Assembly: GCF_964213995.1 (NCBI RefSeq) | Contig: NC_135823.1 | Span: 744,001 to 808,000 of the forward strand | From: Mustelus asterias | Lineage: Eukaryota | DNA length: 64,000 nt | Direction: 5' to 3' | In this document: in pieces, positions 48,226-61,150 of the stretch | How the letters are laid out: every line of letters starts with the position of its first letter | Position numbering within the stretch: the first letter of the stretch is position 1 | Position numbers and translations under genes: made by a program | The notes under the pieces: generated by a model | The model's input: the letters and a program-made list of their open reading frames with translations, nothing else | Told to the model about the DNA's origin: nothing | Databases searched by the model: none

Positions 48226-51200
48226 TGTAACGTCGAGGCAAATAATATTTGTTGACTAACATACTTCACAGTATGGGCACAAATATTACTGTGCAGTTAA
48301 AGCTCGTGTTTGTCGCAGTTGAGTAACTCGTTTTTTTTTCCAGTTTGAAGTGAAAGGCAGCAAGGTTTAGTCCTGCTTGTTATTTTCATTACTGTTGAGA
48401 AAAAGTGTAAAGCGCATCGTCTTGCACTCTCAAGCGTGGACGTTTCTGCTAGAAACTGCGGTTGAAGGATAGTCAGCGATAAACGCCGGGCGTAGTTTTC
48501 ACTGAGACAATGGAGAGAACTAGGATTAGCTGAAGCTAACTTGATAAGTAGGACTCCGAGGAGGACGACTTCAGCGCACTGGACCTGCGTTACTACACGG
48601 ATAGCTTGCTGCATTTTTTTTCCTGCTGCATCATCTTCTCGCTCGCAGACCCTTCTCGACTGTGTGTCGTGGTTGCTTCAGTAACTGGAGACTATATTAT
48701 CAGACACTGAATGGTGTCAGCGGTGTGTTGTTGAGGGCGTGTTTTCTTCATATGTGCACCAACGTATGGGCCCCAACGTTTATAAATCCAAGCGCTTCGT
48801 AATATTTTGAACATTTCTCAGGGTTGAAGCGGTTTAATTGAGAAATCTTTAGCTTGGGACACTTTACCTGTTTTATGAGACGCAACAATACAAGAAAATA
48901 AATGTATTTTTGTTATTCCTTTTGCATGGTTGTCCTGAACCTTTTCTTATTAAAAGGTTTACATACCATTTTAGGAGGCACCGCGCTATTATTAATAGGT
49001 CATTACTCTAGATTGCAACTGCATACACTAATCCTTTTCATTCACGCCTGTACTGACATTTATTGGTTAATAGGAAATTTAGCCTAGCTGAACACCAACC
49101 GCTAAGAACTCAGGATCCTGTGAATTGAACGTTTACATAGTAGCCCCTTATAACATCAAGCACCTCCCAGGTACAGCTTTATTTAACTCAGCTGGTCATA
49201 GCATATAGTTGTCAGCAGGGGGTTACATTTTTTGGAGGCACCGCTGGGATCTCCTATTTACCAGACAGGTCAAATATTTTTTTCTTTCTTCTTTTCGTCA
49301 GTTAGTAACAGTTAACTCAGTAATTATAGCAGCACAAAAAAAAAGTTTTTTCAGTGTTAGTAGCTCACTTAAGACAATGGATTTTTCTCAGGCTTCTATT
49401 TGGAGCCGGCAAAAGCAAATCAGTCTTTCTCGTGCCGTATTACTGAGCGATGTGCCAATAGATACTGGTGAGGGGACCATTGCTGGGGTCTTAAACACTG
49501 TGAAAGTCTTTGGTCGCACCACGATTTGTGGTTGCCGTGGGGATTCTACTGGCAATCAGTTGTTCATACTCGTGGAGACTAGCATTGATTTAACCCCTGA
49601 CACTGGCCCTCCAGATGTAGGTATTGAAGGAGAAGCTGGGCCATGAGCTGTGCATACGCTAGAAAGCCGTGTCACACAAGATGCTGTTCCTGAAGAGGAT
49701 CCGTTCCATACAAAGCTGTTGTTATTACTACAACAGGGAGGCAAGTCAATGGAGGACTTTCAGGCCATAGTATCAGAAAATCAAGCTCCCAAAGTGGATG
49801 TGAACATGGATTTCGTGACTGTTATTGGCAAACTAGTGGACAAGCACAACCAAGTGTCTACCGATGGGCCTGGCTACAGAAAGCTGAGACTGTTTTCAGA
49901 TCTGAAACCTGTACCACCAAGTGAGGAAGAATATGATGCCTGGATGGAGCAGGCTACCCAGATGATCAGTGAGTGGCAATGCACAGACGCCGCCAAGAGA
50001 CAGCACACAGTGGAGAGTTTAAAAGGGCCTGCTGCTGGCATCATCCGATTTTTGAAAGTTAGCACTCCCACTGCGACGGCAACCGATTATTTATCTGCTC
50101 TGGACACAGCTTATGGAAATCACAGAGAGTGGAGCCGACATCTTGGCCAAGTTCAGACACACATACCAGAATGAAGGTGAAAAACTCTCTGCTTTTCTAT
50201 ATCGCCTTGACAAACTTCTCCATCGTGCTCTTCTTACGCGAGGGAATTACGGCTGCAGACTTGAATCGAGCTCGGATGAAACAGCTAGTCAAGGGTGCAC
50301 TCACTCGAGACATGGTTGCTCTGCGAGTAAGGATGAGCCACACCCTGGACAAACCCCCTTCGTTTTCCCAGCTGATGCGGGAGGTAAGAGAGGAAGAAAA
50401 TTGGATTAGCGCCAGAGAAGGGGTGAAAGCTACTGTTTCCGCAGCCACCGCCACTGTACCGCAGCCCTCAGTTACGTCTGAGTTGAACAGCCTACGAAAT
50501 GAGGTAAGGGAACTGACTTTTCAGGTGACCAGGATGTTGAGCGCCGTTCCAGTTACCCCTACATCTGAAAGTACGACAGCAAGGACTGGGTCCGTACAGC
50601 AAGCACCAGAAGGTACTGTTGGGGATGCGTCGCCCCGAGTGACAATGTCCAAACCACTGCCGGCAGGAATCTTTTGCTCCAGTTGTGGGCAAGATGGGCA
50701 TACAAGGAGAGAGTGCAAAGAACCCGAGGATCTGTGGAAAGTAAATCAGAAGCTGATCAAAGTCTGCAGACAGCAGGGAAACTTCCCAGGAGCCAGGTGA
50801 AGGAACGGTGCTTGGTTCTGTGTGAAATACGTTCCACCCAATGTCCACCCCCAGCAAAGGAAGGCTCAAAACAGTTACCTGCAGGATTAGTGGGGCCCAT
50901 CTCTGATGTACCTGTGCAAATAGAAGGAGTTTATGCAAGAGCTTTGCTTTACAGTGGCTCCCAAGTAACCATTTTGTATCGCAACTTCTATGACACCTAG
51001 CCGAAACACTTTCCTCTCCAGCCACTTGAAGACCTGGAAATATGGGGTTTAAGCTCTCACCAATACCCATATGATGGCTACCTGTCCATACAACTCGAGT
51101 TCACTGATGCTGTAACCTGAGTGCCGCAGGCAGTTGACACTTTGGCCTTAGTATGTCCTAACCCTGTGAAAGATGACAACATTGCCATGCTGGTGGGGAC

Positions 51201-52096
51201 AAATACCCGGCTGGTAAGAAAGTTGGTAGAGTCCTGTAAAGAGGAGGCAGGGGACCGATTCTTGGGTACTTTGACCATACACCCCGTCCTCCGAGAAGTT
51301 ATGAGACACTCACCCAGTCTGAAACCACAGAAGGGGTAGACAAGCATGGTACTGTGTGGTTTACCCAGCACAAGCCAATCACCTTGCAACCAGGATAAGT
51401 GTTTAAAGTCACTGGCCTCCCAAAGTTTCCTGGTGATTTCACAGACCAGGTAGCACTGGTAGATCAGCCTAATGACACTTTTTCCCCTGAAGAGTTGGGG
51501 TGAGGCCTGAGGTTCATCCTGCATCAGTTGTTCATAGCAGACGCATTACTGTGACTGTGAAGAACCTGTCATCCAGAGAAATCTCCTTGAAACGTGGGAC
51601 TCAACGATCCCACGTTTTTCCAGTCGCCCCTGTTGCTCTGCCGAGGGCACCGTGTGCAGATGAAGCTTTAATCGAACTGACCCCTTCATCTTTTGATTTC
51701 AGAGCCTCTCCTATGCCAGAGGAGGCAAAAAGGCGTCTCTGTGAGAAAATGATGACGAGGAAGGAGGTCTTCTCGCAGCACGAGTGGGATGTAGGTTGTT
51801 CTAAAAGCACCAGACATGAAATAAGACTGAAGGATGCAAGGCCCTTCCGAGAGAGGTCATGTCGCTTGTCGCCTGCTGACTTTGAGGATGTGCGCCAGCA
51901 CCTACAGGAACGATGGAGCCATGGCATCATCTCTGAATCGCGTAGTCCCTACGCATCGCCAATAGTAGTCGTACGCAAGAAGTCAGGGAAGGTACGAATG
52001 TGCGTGGACTACCAAACCCTTAACCTTCGAACAATACCGGATCAGTACACTGTCCCAAGGATAGATGACGCTCTTCACTGCTTGTCTGAGAGTAAG
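48226..52096 (+). mobile_element. Ty3/Gypsy LTR retrotransposon, 5' part only (LTR, PBS, PNMA-like gag, protease, start of RT), decayed
   Basis: LTR ends ..GGTTACA at 49227 (5' start TGTAAC at 48226, or possibly TGTAG at ~47889). gag starts at ATG 49377 and includes YRKLRLFS..EEEYDAWMEQA..ESLKGPA and the zinc knuckle CSSCGQDGHTRREC. Protease ALLYSGSQVT; RT SPYASPIVVVRKKSGKVRMCVDY..DQYTVPRIDD. Several stops and frameshifts; cut off by a CR1 at ~52097. Confidence 0.9.
49233..49250 (+). promoter_or_regulatory. Primer-binding site of the Gypsy element, tRNA-Thr type
   Basis: TGGAGGCACCGCTGGGAT begins 5 nt after the LTR end. It is complementary to ATCCCAGCGGTGCCT-CCA, the 3' end of vertebrate tRNA-Thr(AGT) as I recall it. 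Confidence 0.8.
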
Positions 52097-54173
52097 TGAT
52101 TTTCAGGGAATATTTGTCTGGAGTTCTACATAGCAACGTTCCAATGAGACAGGGAAGTTATGATAGGTTACAGGAACCATGGTATACAAAGGTTGTAATG
52201 AATCGAGTCAAGAAGAAAAGAAAAGCTTACAAAAGGTTCAGGGAACTATGTAATCTTAGAGATCGAGAAGAGTGTACAGCCAATAGGAAGGATTTTAAGA
52301 AGGAAATTAGGAGAGCCAGCAGGGGTCATGAGAAAGCCTTAGCAGGCAGGATTAAGGAAAACCCTAAGGCATTCTACAAGTATGTGAAGAGCAAGAGGAT
52401 AAGACGTGAAAGATTAGGACCTATCAAGTGGGACGGTGGGAAAGTTTGTATGGAACCAGAAGAAATAGCAGAGGGACTTAATGAATACTTTACTTCAGTA
52501 TTCACTATGGAAAAGGATCTTGGTGTTGTAGTGCAGACTTGCAGCGGACTGAAAAGCTTGAGCATGTAGATATTAAGAAAGAGGATGTGTTGGAGCTTTT
52601 GAAAAGCATCAAGTTAGATAAGTCGCCGGGACTGGATGAGATGTACCCCAGGCTACTGTGAGAGGCGAGGGAGGAGATTACTGAGCCTCTGGCGATGATC
52701 TTTGCATCATCAATGGAGACGGACGAGGTTCCGGGGGATTGGAGGATCGTGGATGTTGTTCCTTTATTCAAGAAAGGGAGTAGAGGTAGCCCTGGAAAAT
52801 ATAGACCAGTGAGTCTAACCTCAGTGGTTGGTAAGTTGATGGAGAAGATCCGGAGAGGCAGAATTTATGAACATTTGGAGAGGCATAATATGATTAAGAA
52901 TAGTCAGCATGACTTTGTCAAAGGCAGATCATGCCTTACGAGGCTGATTGAATATTTGGAGGATGTGACTAAACACATTGATTAAGGAAGAGCAGTTGAT
53001 GTAGTATATAGGGACTTCAGCAAGGCATTTGATAAGGTGCCCCATGCAAGGCTTATTGAGAAAGTGAGGGGGCATGGGATCCAAGGGGTCATTGCTTTGT
53101 GGATCCAGAACTGGCTTGCCCACAGATGGCAAAGAGTGGTTATAGATGGGTCATAATCTGAATGCAGATCGGTCACCAGTGGAGTGCCCCAGGGATCGGT
53201 TCTGGGACCCTTACTCTTCGTGATTTTTATAAATGACCTGAATGAGAAAGTGGAAGGATAGGTTGGTACGTTTTATGATGACACAAAGGTTGGAGGTGTT
53301 GTGGATAGTGTGGAGGGATGTCAGAGGTTTCAGCGAGAGATTGATAGGATGCAAGACTGGGCGGAGAAGTGGCAGATGGAATTTCACCCAGATAAGTGTG
53401 AGGTGGTTCATTTTGGCAGGTCAAATAGGATGGTGGAATATAATATTAATGGTAGGACTCTTGGCAGTGTGGAAGATCAGAAAGTTCTTGGGGTCCCAGT
53501 TCATCGGACGCTCAGAGCAGCCCTGCAGGTTGAGGCTGTGGTTAAGAAGGCGTATGGTGTACTGGCCTTCATCAATCGAGGAATTGAGTTTAGGAGTCGA
53601 GAGATAATGTTGCAGTTATATAGAACCCTGGTAAGACCCCACTTAGAGTGCTCAGTTCTGGTCGCCTCATTACAGGAAGGATGTGGAAGCCATAGAAAGG
53701 GTGCAGAGGAGATTTACAAGGATGTTGCCTGGGTTGGGGTGCATGCCTTATGAGGATAGGTTGAGCGAGCTCGGCCTTTCCTCCTTGGAGAGACGAAGGA
53801 TGAAGGGTGACCTGATAGAGGTGTATAAGATGTTGAGAGGTATTGATCGAGTGGACAGTCAGAGGCTTTTTCTTAGGGCTGAAATGGTTGCCACAAGAGG
53901 ACACAGGTTTAAGGTGCTGGGGAGTAGGTACAGAGGAGATGTAAGGGTTACGTTTTTCACTCAGAGGGTGGTTGGTGCGTGGAATGCGCTGCCAGCAACG
54001 GTGGCGGAGGCGGAAAAGATAGGGTCTTTTAGGAGACTTATAGATAAGTACATGGAACTTAGTAAGATAGAGGGTTATAGGTAAGACGAGTAATCGCTAA
54101 GGTAGGGACATGTTCGGCACAACTTTTTTGGGTTGAAAGGCCTGTATTGTGCTGTAGTTTTTCTATGTTCTAT
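52097..54173 (+). mobile_element. CR1 LINE ORF2 (5'-truncated), abutting the truncated Gypsy RT
   Basis: [44 protein letters not shown]; tail TTCTATG. Confidence 0.9.
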
Positions 54174-54951
54174 CTTTGGATTGTGGAAGAAAACCGGGGG
54201 AAACCCTCACAGACACGGGGAAAACGTGCAAACTCGACACACACACTCGCCCAAAGACAGAATTGAACTCAGGGTCCGGGTTCAATGTCATTTGTCCGGG
54301 CACAAAATATGTGAGTTATCTCCATTGATAATATGGGCAATTGGAGACAGGAGATCTTTTTCAATTAGAACGTTGGACTAAATCATCAACTCTGGATAAA
54401 TGTTAAGCGCCCAAAGTTAACGGAGAAGAAGAATCTAAGTATAGATGGGAGAGAATATTCGCTGAAAGATGTTGCATTGTAGAAGTTCTTTAATTTCTTA
54501 TATTCACAAATATCTGGGATTAAGTACCTACTGATGATAATTAAACCATTCTCCATTGTCGGGAAAATCATCTGGTTTAGTAATATCTTCTAGGCAAGGA
54601 AATCTGCGCTCCATGTGACTCCACAGCTATAGCAATGTGGTTGAATCTCAACTGCCCTCCAAGGGCAACTAGGGATGGACAATAAATGCTGGCCTGCTAA
54701 CGACACCCATGCCCCATGAATGAATAATAAGAAAAAGACAGCTCCCATTCGTCCACCCGAGTGTTTCAATCAGATTGAAGGGAGTATGGATCCGGGTTCC
54801 GCCTTTATAATTTGAGCATGAAAACGTGCCAGTCCGCGCCACAATCAGTGCGATTTTAATTGAGAAAGAAAAATCCCTATCGGTGTATCTTCGTTTGTGG
54901 GGGAAACGTTCTATAACCTGACATGACACTCGTTTTATTTCTATTTCCCAG

Positions 54952-55293
54952 TTTCAGTGTCTCAGTCCATCGTGTTTCAGTCTCTGCAGGTTCAGACACT
55001 CCCGGTGGGGAGTCGTGTTAAACTCAGCTGTCATATTCAGTTCTCCGTTACTGGCTCCGTATTGTGGTCCAGACAGAGGGAGCTCAGTGACACGAAGCTG
55101 CTTTCAGATGACGAGCAAGCAGTTCCCAGCGGCCGGGAGGTTTTCCAGTGAGATTTCTGACAAAGAAGATAATTACTCACTGATCAATGTGGGACACATG
55201 GAAAAAACTATTCTGCAATGTATTACTGTGCAATGCGCAATTTCCAAACGCGCGCGCTAATCTTCGGAAACGGCTCCAAATTAGTGATTACAG
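54952..55293 (+). pseudogene. Gene B V-J exon (frameshifted)
   Basis: TTTCCCAG acceptor; SVSQSIVFQ..VGSRVKLSC..W.RQ / GRFSSEISDKEDNYSLI (shifted frame) / SAMYYCAMRNFQTRALIFGNGSKLVIT, with a TCR-like FGxG J motif. Confidence 0.85.
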
Positions 55294-55477
55294 AGACATA
55301 TTTTCATTTTTTTCCCATTGAAATGGCATATGAATATCATTTAAATGTTTTCCTACTCCAACTGTTAAAATTTAAAGTTTATTCATTAGTGTCACAAGTT
55401 GCCTACATGAGCACTGCAATAAACTTACTGTGAACATCTCCGACTTAATGGGTTCTCTTTCTTGTTGTCGGATTTAG

Positions 55478-55783
55478 CGGGTTCTCCCAGCATATTCCTC
55501 CTCACTCCGCCGCTGGATGAGTTTCCAGCCATGGAAAAGGTCCCATTGTTGTGTTTGGTCAGAGGCGTGTCTCCAGATTCCTTTCCCGTCAGCTGGAATT
55601 TTGACGGGCGGGATACCGAGGGACAGACCGATTCCTGGAAAATGGAACAGGACGGGACCGACACTGTCCGCAGTTACATCAGCCTCTCGGCGGAAGTTTG
55701 GAGCAGCGGCGCTCGCATTTCTTGCACCGTTCAGATCAACTCTGGTGATAATCCTCTGAGTGAAAGTGTCTCAGCTCAGATAG
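55478..55783 (+). CDS. Gene B C1-set exon (open)
   Basis: GATTTAG acceptor, TAG|GTAGAT donor, 306 nt; PSIFLLTPP..VPLLCLVRG..VSWN..DGT..W.SG..SCTV..ESVS. Confidence 0.9.
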
Positions 55784-56739
55784 GTAGATATTCACAGCGA
55801 CCACTCATAAATCTACTTAGTGCTAATGTGAGGATTTACTGTGGCCCACACTTGTAAATTACAAGTCCCTCGATTTCTGATTGCCTCCACGGAAATTGGC
55901 GGCACCGGGGTACAGTGGCTCGCACTGCTGCTTCACAGCGCCAGAGACCCAGGTTCAATTCCACACTGTTTGTGTGGAGTCTGCACGTTCTCCCGTGTCT
56001 TCGAGGTTTCCACCGGGTGCTCCGGTTTTCTCCCACAGCCAAATGATGTGCAGGTTAGCTGGATTGGGCATGCTAAATTGTGCCTTAGTGTCCAAAAATG
56101 TGTCGGCTGGGTGGATTGGCCATAGTAAGTTGCCCCTTAGTGTCAGAGGGGTAATGCAGGAAAAGCAGGTTAGATCTGGTGGTGTTATGAGATTATAGGG
56201 TCTTGGTGGGTTTGTTGTCGGTGCATGGTCGATGGGCTGAATGGCCTTCTTCTGCACTGTAAGGATTCTACGATTCTATGATCCTATGTGTACAATGAAT
56301 CATTATTCTATGACAGGCCTCTCAAACGTTCATTGTTTCGTTTTCTGAAAATATACCTCCTTTTTTCTGTACCCTAGCGAGTTGTGGAGGTTCAAGTCAG
56401 TGAGATCGCGTTGGATTAATGAATTGGTGGGACGGGCGGGAAGTTTGAGATTTTGTAGAAGATTAGCATGATGTTATTGCATGGCGGAGCGGCCTGCAGG
56501 GGCGGAGTGGCCTTCTGCTGCTTCTATTGATTGTGCTCTTCTGTCTGACTAGGCCACAGTTGGTGGTCAGTGACTGTTTGGCTATGCATAAAACTGAAAA
56601 GTCTGATTACCTTCCCAGAGACACTTTATACCAACGTGCCTTTGTGTAATAATTTATGTATCCCTTCATATCCCTACTTCTCTCTGACTAAGTTAAACAC
56701 TTTAATTCCCTACCTGTTTATCTTTGTGCTATTGATGAC

Positions 56740-58030
56740 CCACCCAATCCTTCTCTATATATTCTCTCTCAATCGATGTCATTCAGTCCCAGCGCAGTTT
56801 AAGCTATTTTTCTCGGTTAGAATGCCTTCTTATCTCACTCTCCATGTTTCTCTCTCTCTCCCTCTCTCTCTAATTCTGTCTTTCTCTTTCTGTCTCGCTC
56901 TTTGTCTCGCTCTCTCCTCTCGCCCCCCATCTCTTTCTCTGTCTCTGTATTTTTTAAAAACACTTTAGTAACCTCTATATCTCTGCCTCGCCCATCTCTT
57001 CCCGAGTTACATGGTTCTCCATCTAAATATCGACCGAAATCTCTTCATGTGCATCTATTGGTCTGTGATTGTTTTCTCTCTTTTTCTATATCTCTTTGAT
57101 GGTATCATTCTCTCCCGATTTGTTTCCCTATATCTATCCAGTTGTGCAATTTTCTTTCAGGACTCCTCTGTCCATCTTTCTATTCGTGTCCCTTTTAACA
57201 AATTTCAGTTCTATTAATGAATATCTCCTTATGGCAATCTGCCTCTTTATTCGTGTCCTTATTAAACGCTTCTATGTAAGATCTCCCTCTTTCGCTCTCT
57301 CTTTCTCTCTATCTCTCTCTTTTGTTCTCTTTGCCTCACTCCATATTCCTCTCTTTCTCTCTCTCACTATGCATACAATTCTGCCCTGATGCAATATAAG
57401 CCTTCTGTTCTCCACGTCTCCCTCTCTCCCTCTCATTCTCTCTCCCTTGTCTTTGCGTCACCCTCTATTCCTCTTTTTCTGTTTCTCGCTGTTCATCCAA
57501 TTCTCTCTAAATACAGTGTGATCATTCGGTTCTCTATGCCAGTCTGGCTTTACGACACACTGTCTGTGTCTCCCTCTCTCGCTCGCGCACTCACTCCCTT
57601 TCTCTCTCTTGCTGTCTATCTCTCCGCCCCTTTCTATTGTTTTCCCCAGTATCTATACCTCCCCTTTTTCTGTCTCAGGTACATGGTGCTCCATCTAAAC
57701 ATCCACCCCTGTCTCTAAATATTCCTGTGGTTCTGTCTCTCTAGTATCTTTCTCCATATCAATTTCATGCGATAATGCTCTCTCTAATTGTTTCTGTTTT
57801 TCTATCCAAGTGGAACCGATTTGTATAAGACCTGCTCCGTCAATCTCTCTACTTGTACGGTGCTTGACTGGAGTTCCACCAGGATTCCGTTATATCGATG
57901 GATCTATCCTTTTGTCAATCGATCTATTTATTTATATCTCTCCTGTTCTAAATGTTCTCTATAAGAGCTCTGTCAATTATTTCTCTCTCTCTCTCTCATC
58001 CGACCACTGCCCCCCACTACCACCCCACCC
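56740..58030. repeat. CT-rich low-complexity tract in the gene B C1-TM intron
   Basis: Degenerate (CT)n with internal duplications. Confidence 0.8.
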
Positions 58031-58207
58031 CGTGTCCTGTTGAAAAAGTGTTAACTCAGATTGCTGCTCGAATAAACGATTGTACAATAGGCAAACCCAT
58101 TCCTGATTTCGGGTCAAATCAGGCAGGTAGAGTTGACAAAATCCTCCACTTGTTTAACCATTTCCACAATTCATTATTTTAACTGAAGGTTATTTTTCCT
58201 TTTGCAG

Positions 58208-58312
58208 ATTCTCCACTCCCGACCAAATGCATTTTCCTGCTTTCCGGGGCTTTATCGGTCGTGACACTTCTCCTTCTGGGACTAGTTCTTGTGGCCGTGA
58301 ACCGGCAGAGAG
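58208..58312 (+). CDS. Gene B stalk Cys + transmembrane exon
   Basis: TTTTTCCTTTTGCAG acceptor; phase 1; DSPLPTKCIFLLSGALSVVTLLLLGLVLVAVNRQR; GT donor at 58313 or 58319 (both phase 1). Confidence 0.8.
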
Positions 58313-58446
58313 GTAGCGGTAGTTGGGAGATGCTTTACCTTTTTGCGCTCTCAATTCGTCCATTTGAACATCACTATTGTCACCTTGAGTGGTTTTAGTG
58401 CAAAATGTGGCCATTGACACTCAGTTTAAACTCGTCTTTCTAACAG

Positions 58447-58505
58447 AGACCGTGAACAGTGGCGAGGAACTGACAGGTTCCCGAGAACAGAAACAGAATC
58501 AGGAG
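58447..58505 (+). CDS. Gene B cytoplasmic exon (ETVNSGEELTGSREQKQNQE)
   Basis: TCTTTCTAACAG acceptor, GAG|GTGAAT donor; phase 1-0. Confidence 0.65.
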
Positions 58506-58649
58506 GTGAATTAATGCAATTACTATTGCCATTACAACCAGATAGTTTTTCAGAAATCTTTAATCCAAGGGTCAGAATCCATGATACAATGAGAAAATGG
58601 CGGCAAACATCAGTTTGTCCAGCAACATCTGTCGGGTTTCACGAAATCA

Positions 58650-59480
58650 GGGAATCACACTGCGCAGAAGAGGTCCTTAGGCCCATCGAGCCTGCAGCGA
58701 CACATTAGAAAAATTTAAAATCCTACCTAATTCCATCTACTAGCACTTGGCCCTTAGCCCTGAATGTTATGGTGTGTGCAGTGCCCATCCAGCCATTTTT
58801 ACATAATGTGAAGTAATCCGCATCTCCCACCCTCCCAGGCAACGCAATCCAGACAGTCACCACCTCTGAGTAAAAAAGTTTTTTTCTCACGCTCCCCTGA
58901 ACCTTCTGCCCCTCAATTTGAATCTATGTCCCCTCGTGACTGACCCTTCAACTATGGGGAACAGCTGTTCCTTATTCACTCCGTCCATGCCCCTGAGAAT
59001 CTTATACACATCTGTCAGGTCGCCCCTCAGTCTTCTCTGCTCCAAAGAAAACAAGACAGATCGACTCAACCTAACTTCACAACTTAAATGTTCCATCCCA
59101 GGCAGCATCCTGGAAAATCTCCTCTGCACCCCTTCCAGTGCAATCACATTCTTCCTATAATGTGGCAACAGAAACTGCACACAGTACTCTCGCTGTGGTG
59201 TCACCAAAGTTCTATACAAATCCAATCGATGCTTTGGGATCTTTGCCTCGATTGACTAAGGCAAGTGACCAACGTGTCTCTTTCACCACCCTGCAAACAT
59301 GCCGTTCCGCTTTCAGAAATCTGTGCACAAACAGGCCATACTCTCTTTTTTCCACAACACTTCCCAGAGCCATGCCATTCATTGAGCACCTCGCAGTCAA
59401 AGTACTCCTTCCAAACTGTATCACCTCACGATTTTTAGGGTTAAATTTCATCTGGCACGTATCTGCTATTTTGGTCATTC
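58650..59480 (-). mobile_element. CR1 LINE 3' fragment
   Basis: YRTLVTPQREYCVQF..RRLRGDL. Confidence 0.8.
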
Positions 59481-59929
59481 AAACGTCATAAATATTTTTT
59501 CAGAGCTATTTTAAAATCAAATTTTTTATTGTCTACAAAAATATGCATAGTGCTAATTGCAGCATAGTACAGACTAGGTTTGCACAATCTCCTGGATTGA
59601 AGATTTAAGTGTAATTTCATTGAGATGCTTTGGATGATTACATGAATTGATCGGACACGGATACCCAGACAATGAGGCAGAAAAGAAAAATGAAAGCGTC
59701 CAGAGATGAGGTCAAGAAGCACGTCTTCACACAAAGAGGACTGGAATTTTGGAACAATCCCCACCACAAATCTATAGGAGCAGTGGTCCATTGGAACTTT
59801 GAGAACTGAGATGGATAGATTATTGATAGGGAGTGGATTAAGGATTATAGCGCCATGGGGCGGGGGGGGGGGGGGGGGCGGTTGTCGGCTGCATGCGAGC
59901 TTAACCACCTTGCAGCCATGATCTGTGTT

Positions 59930-60750
59930 GGGCGGCACGGTGGCATAGTGGTTAGCGCTGCTGCCTAACAGCTCCTGAGACCCGGCCTTGGCTAACTGTG
60001 TGGGGTTTTAACATTCTCCCCGTGTCTCCGGGTCTTCTGGTTTCCTCCCACAATCCAAAGATGTGCGGGTTAGGTGGATGGCCCATACGAAATTGTCCCT
60101 CAGTGTGCCAAGATTGGTAGATTAGGGATCTTAGTAGGGTAAATACGTGGCACCATGGGGTTATGGTCTCTGACGGTGAGTTGGTGCAGATCTAATGAGC
60201 TGAACGTAGAGGTAATTTGGATTGGCCATGCCAAAGATGTGCAGGTTAGGTGCATTAGTCATGCTAAAATGCCTCTTCATGTCTAAAGATGCGCACTTTA
60301 GTTGGATTGGCCATGGAAAATTGTCCGTTAGGGTCCAAGGATGTGCAGTTTAGGTGGATTAGACAAGCTAAATTGCCACGTATTGTGCACAAATGTGTTC
60401 ATTAGATGGATTAGCCATGCTCTTGGCCCCTTAGTGTGATAAAATGTGTAGGTTAGATGGATTGACCATGCTATTTTCCCCTTGGCCTCTGAAGGTGTGT
60501 AGGGTAGAAACAGTAGCTATGCTATCATGACCCTTCGTGTCTAAAAGTCTGTATATTAGGTGGATAGACCATGGTAAATTGCCCCTTAGTTGCCATAGAT
60601 GCGTATGTTAGATAGATTAGCCATGATAAACAGGCGAGGAAATGGGCGTAAGGCGGGTGAGAGTGAATGGAAGTAGATTCTCCGTCACAGTCGTCGAAAA
60701 CTCGACGGACTGAATGGCCTCTTCTGCACCGTCGGGATTGTAAGGTCATA
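59930..60750 (+). repeat. SINE(s) with the same ~52-bp unit tandemly expanded
   Basis: About 8 degenerate units at 60220-60630. Confidence 0.8.
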
Positions 60751-61150
60751 TGCGTTCAACAGCCTCTCCGATCCCAATAATGATGGTGCGGATTTCATTC
60801 ATAGAATCATCGAATCCCGAGAGTGCAGAAATAGGCCATTTGGCCCATCGAGCCTGCATCGAGATCAAATCCACCAGCTCCTGACATGTCTTTACCCTGC
60901 AAATCCCGCTGACACTAAGGGTCAACTTAGCATTAGCAATCTATTTAACCGCACACCTTTGTACTGTGGGAGTAAACCGGAGCACCTGGATGAAACCCAC
61001 ACAGACACGTGGAGAACGTGCAAACTGCACACAGTCACCGAAGGCCAAAGTTAAACCCGCGTCCTTGGGGCTGTAAAGCTACTCACTGGCTAATCACTGT
61101 GCTACACAGTGCAAAGTTTAAAACACTAAAATATTACTTGACATCCACAG

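Noticed and set aside
49377-50800. Domesticated PNMA/Ma-family gene
   Set aside because: It has an in-frame stop and frameshifts, and is embedded between an LTR/PBS and pol.
56570-57718. Hydrophobic Leu/Ser/Phe-rich ORFs
   Set aside because: Translation of CT-rich low-complexity intron sequence.
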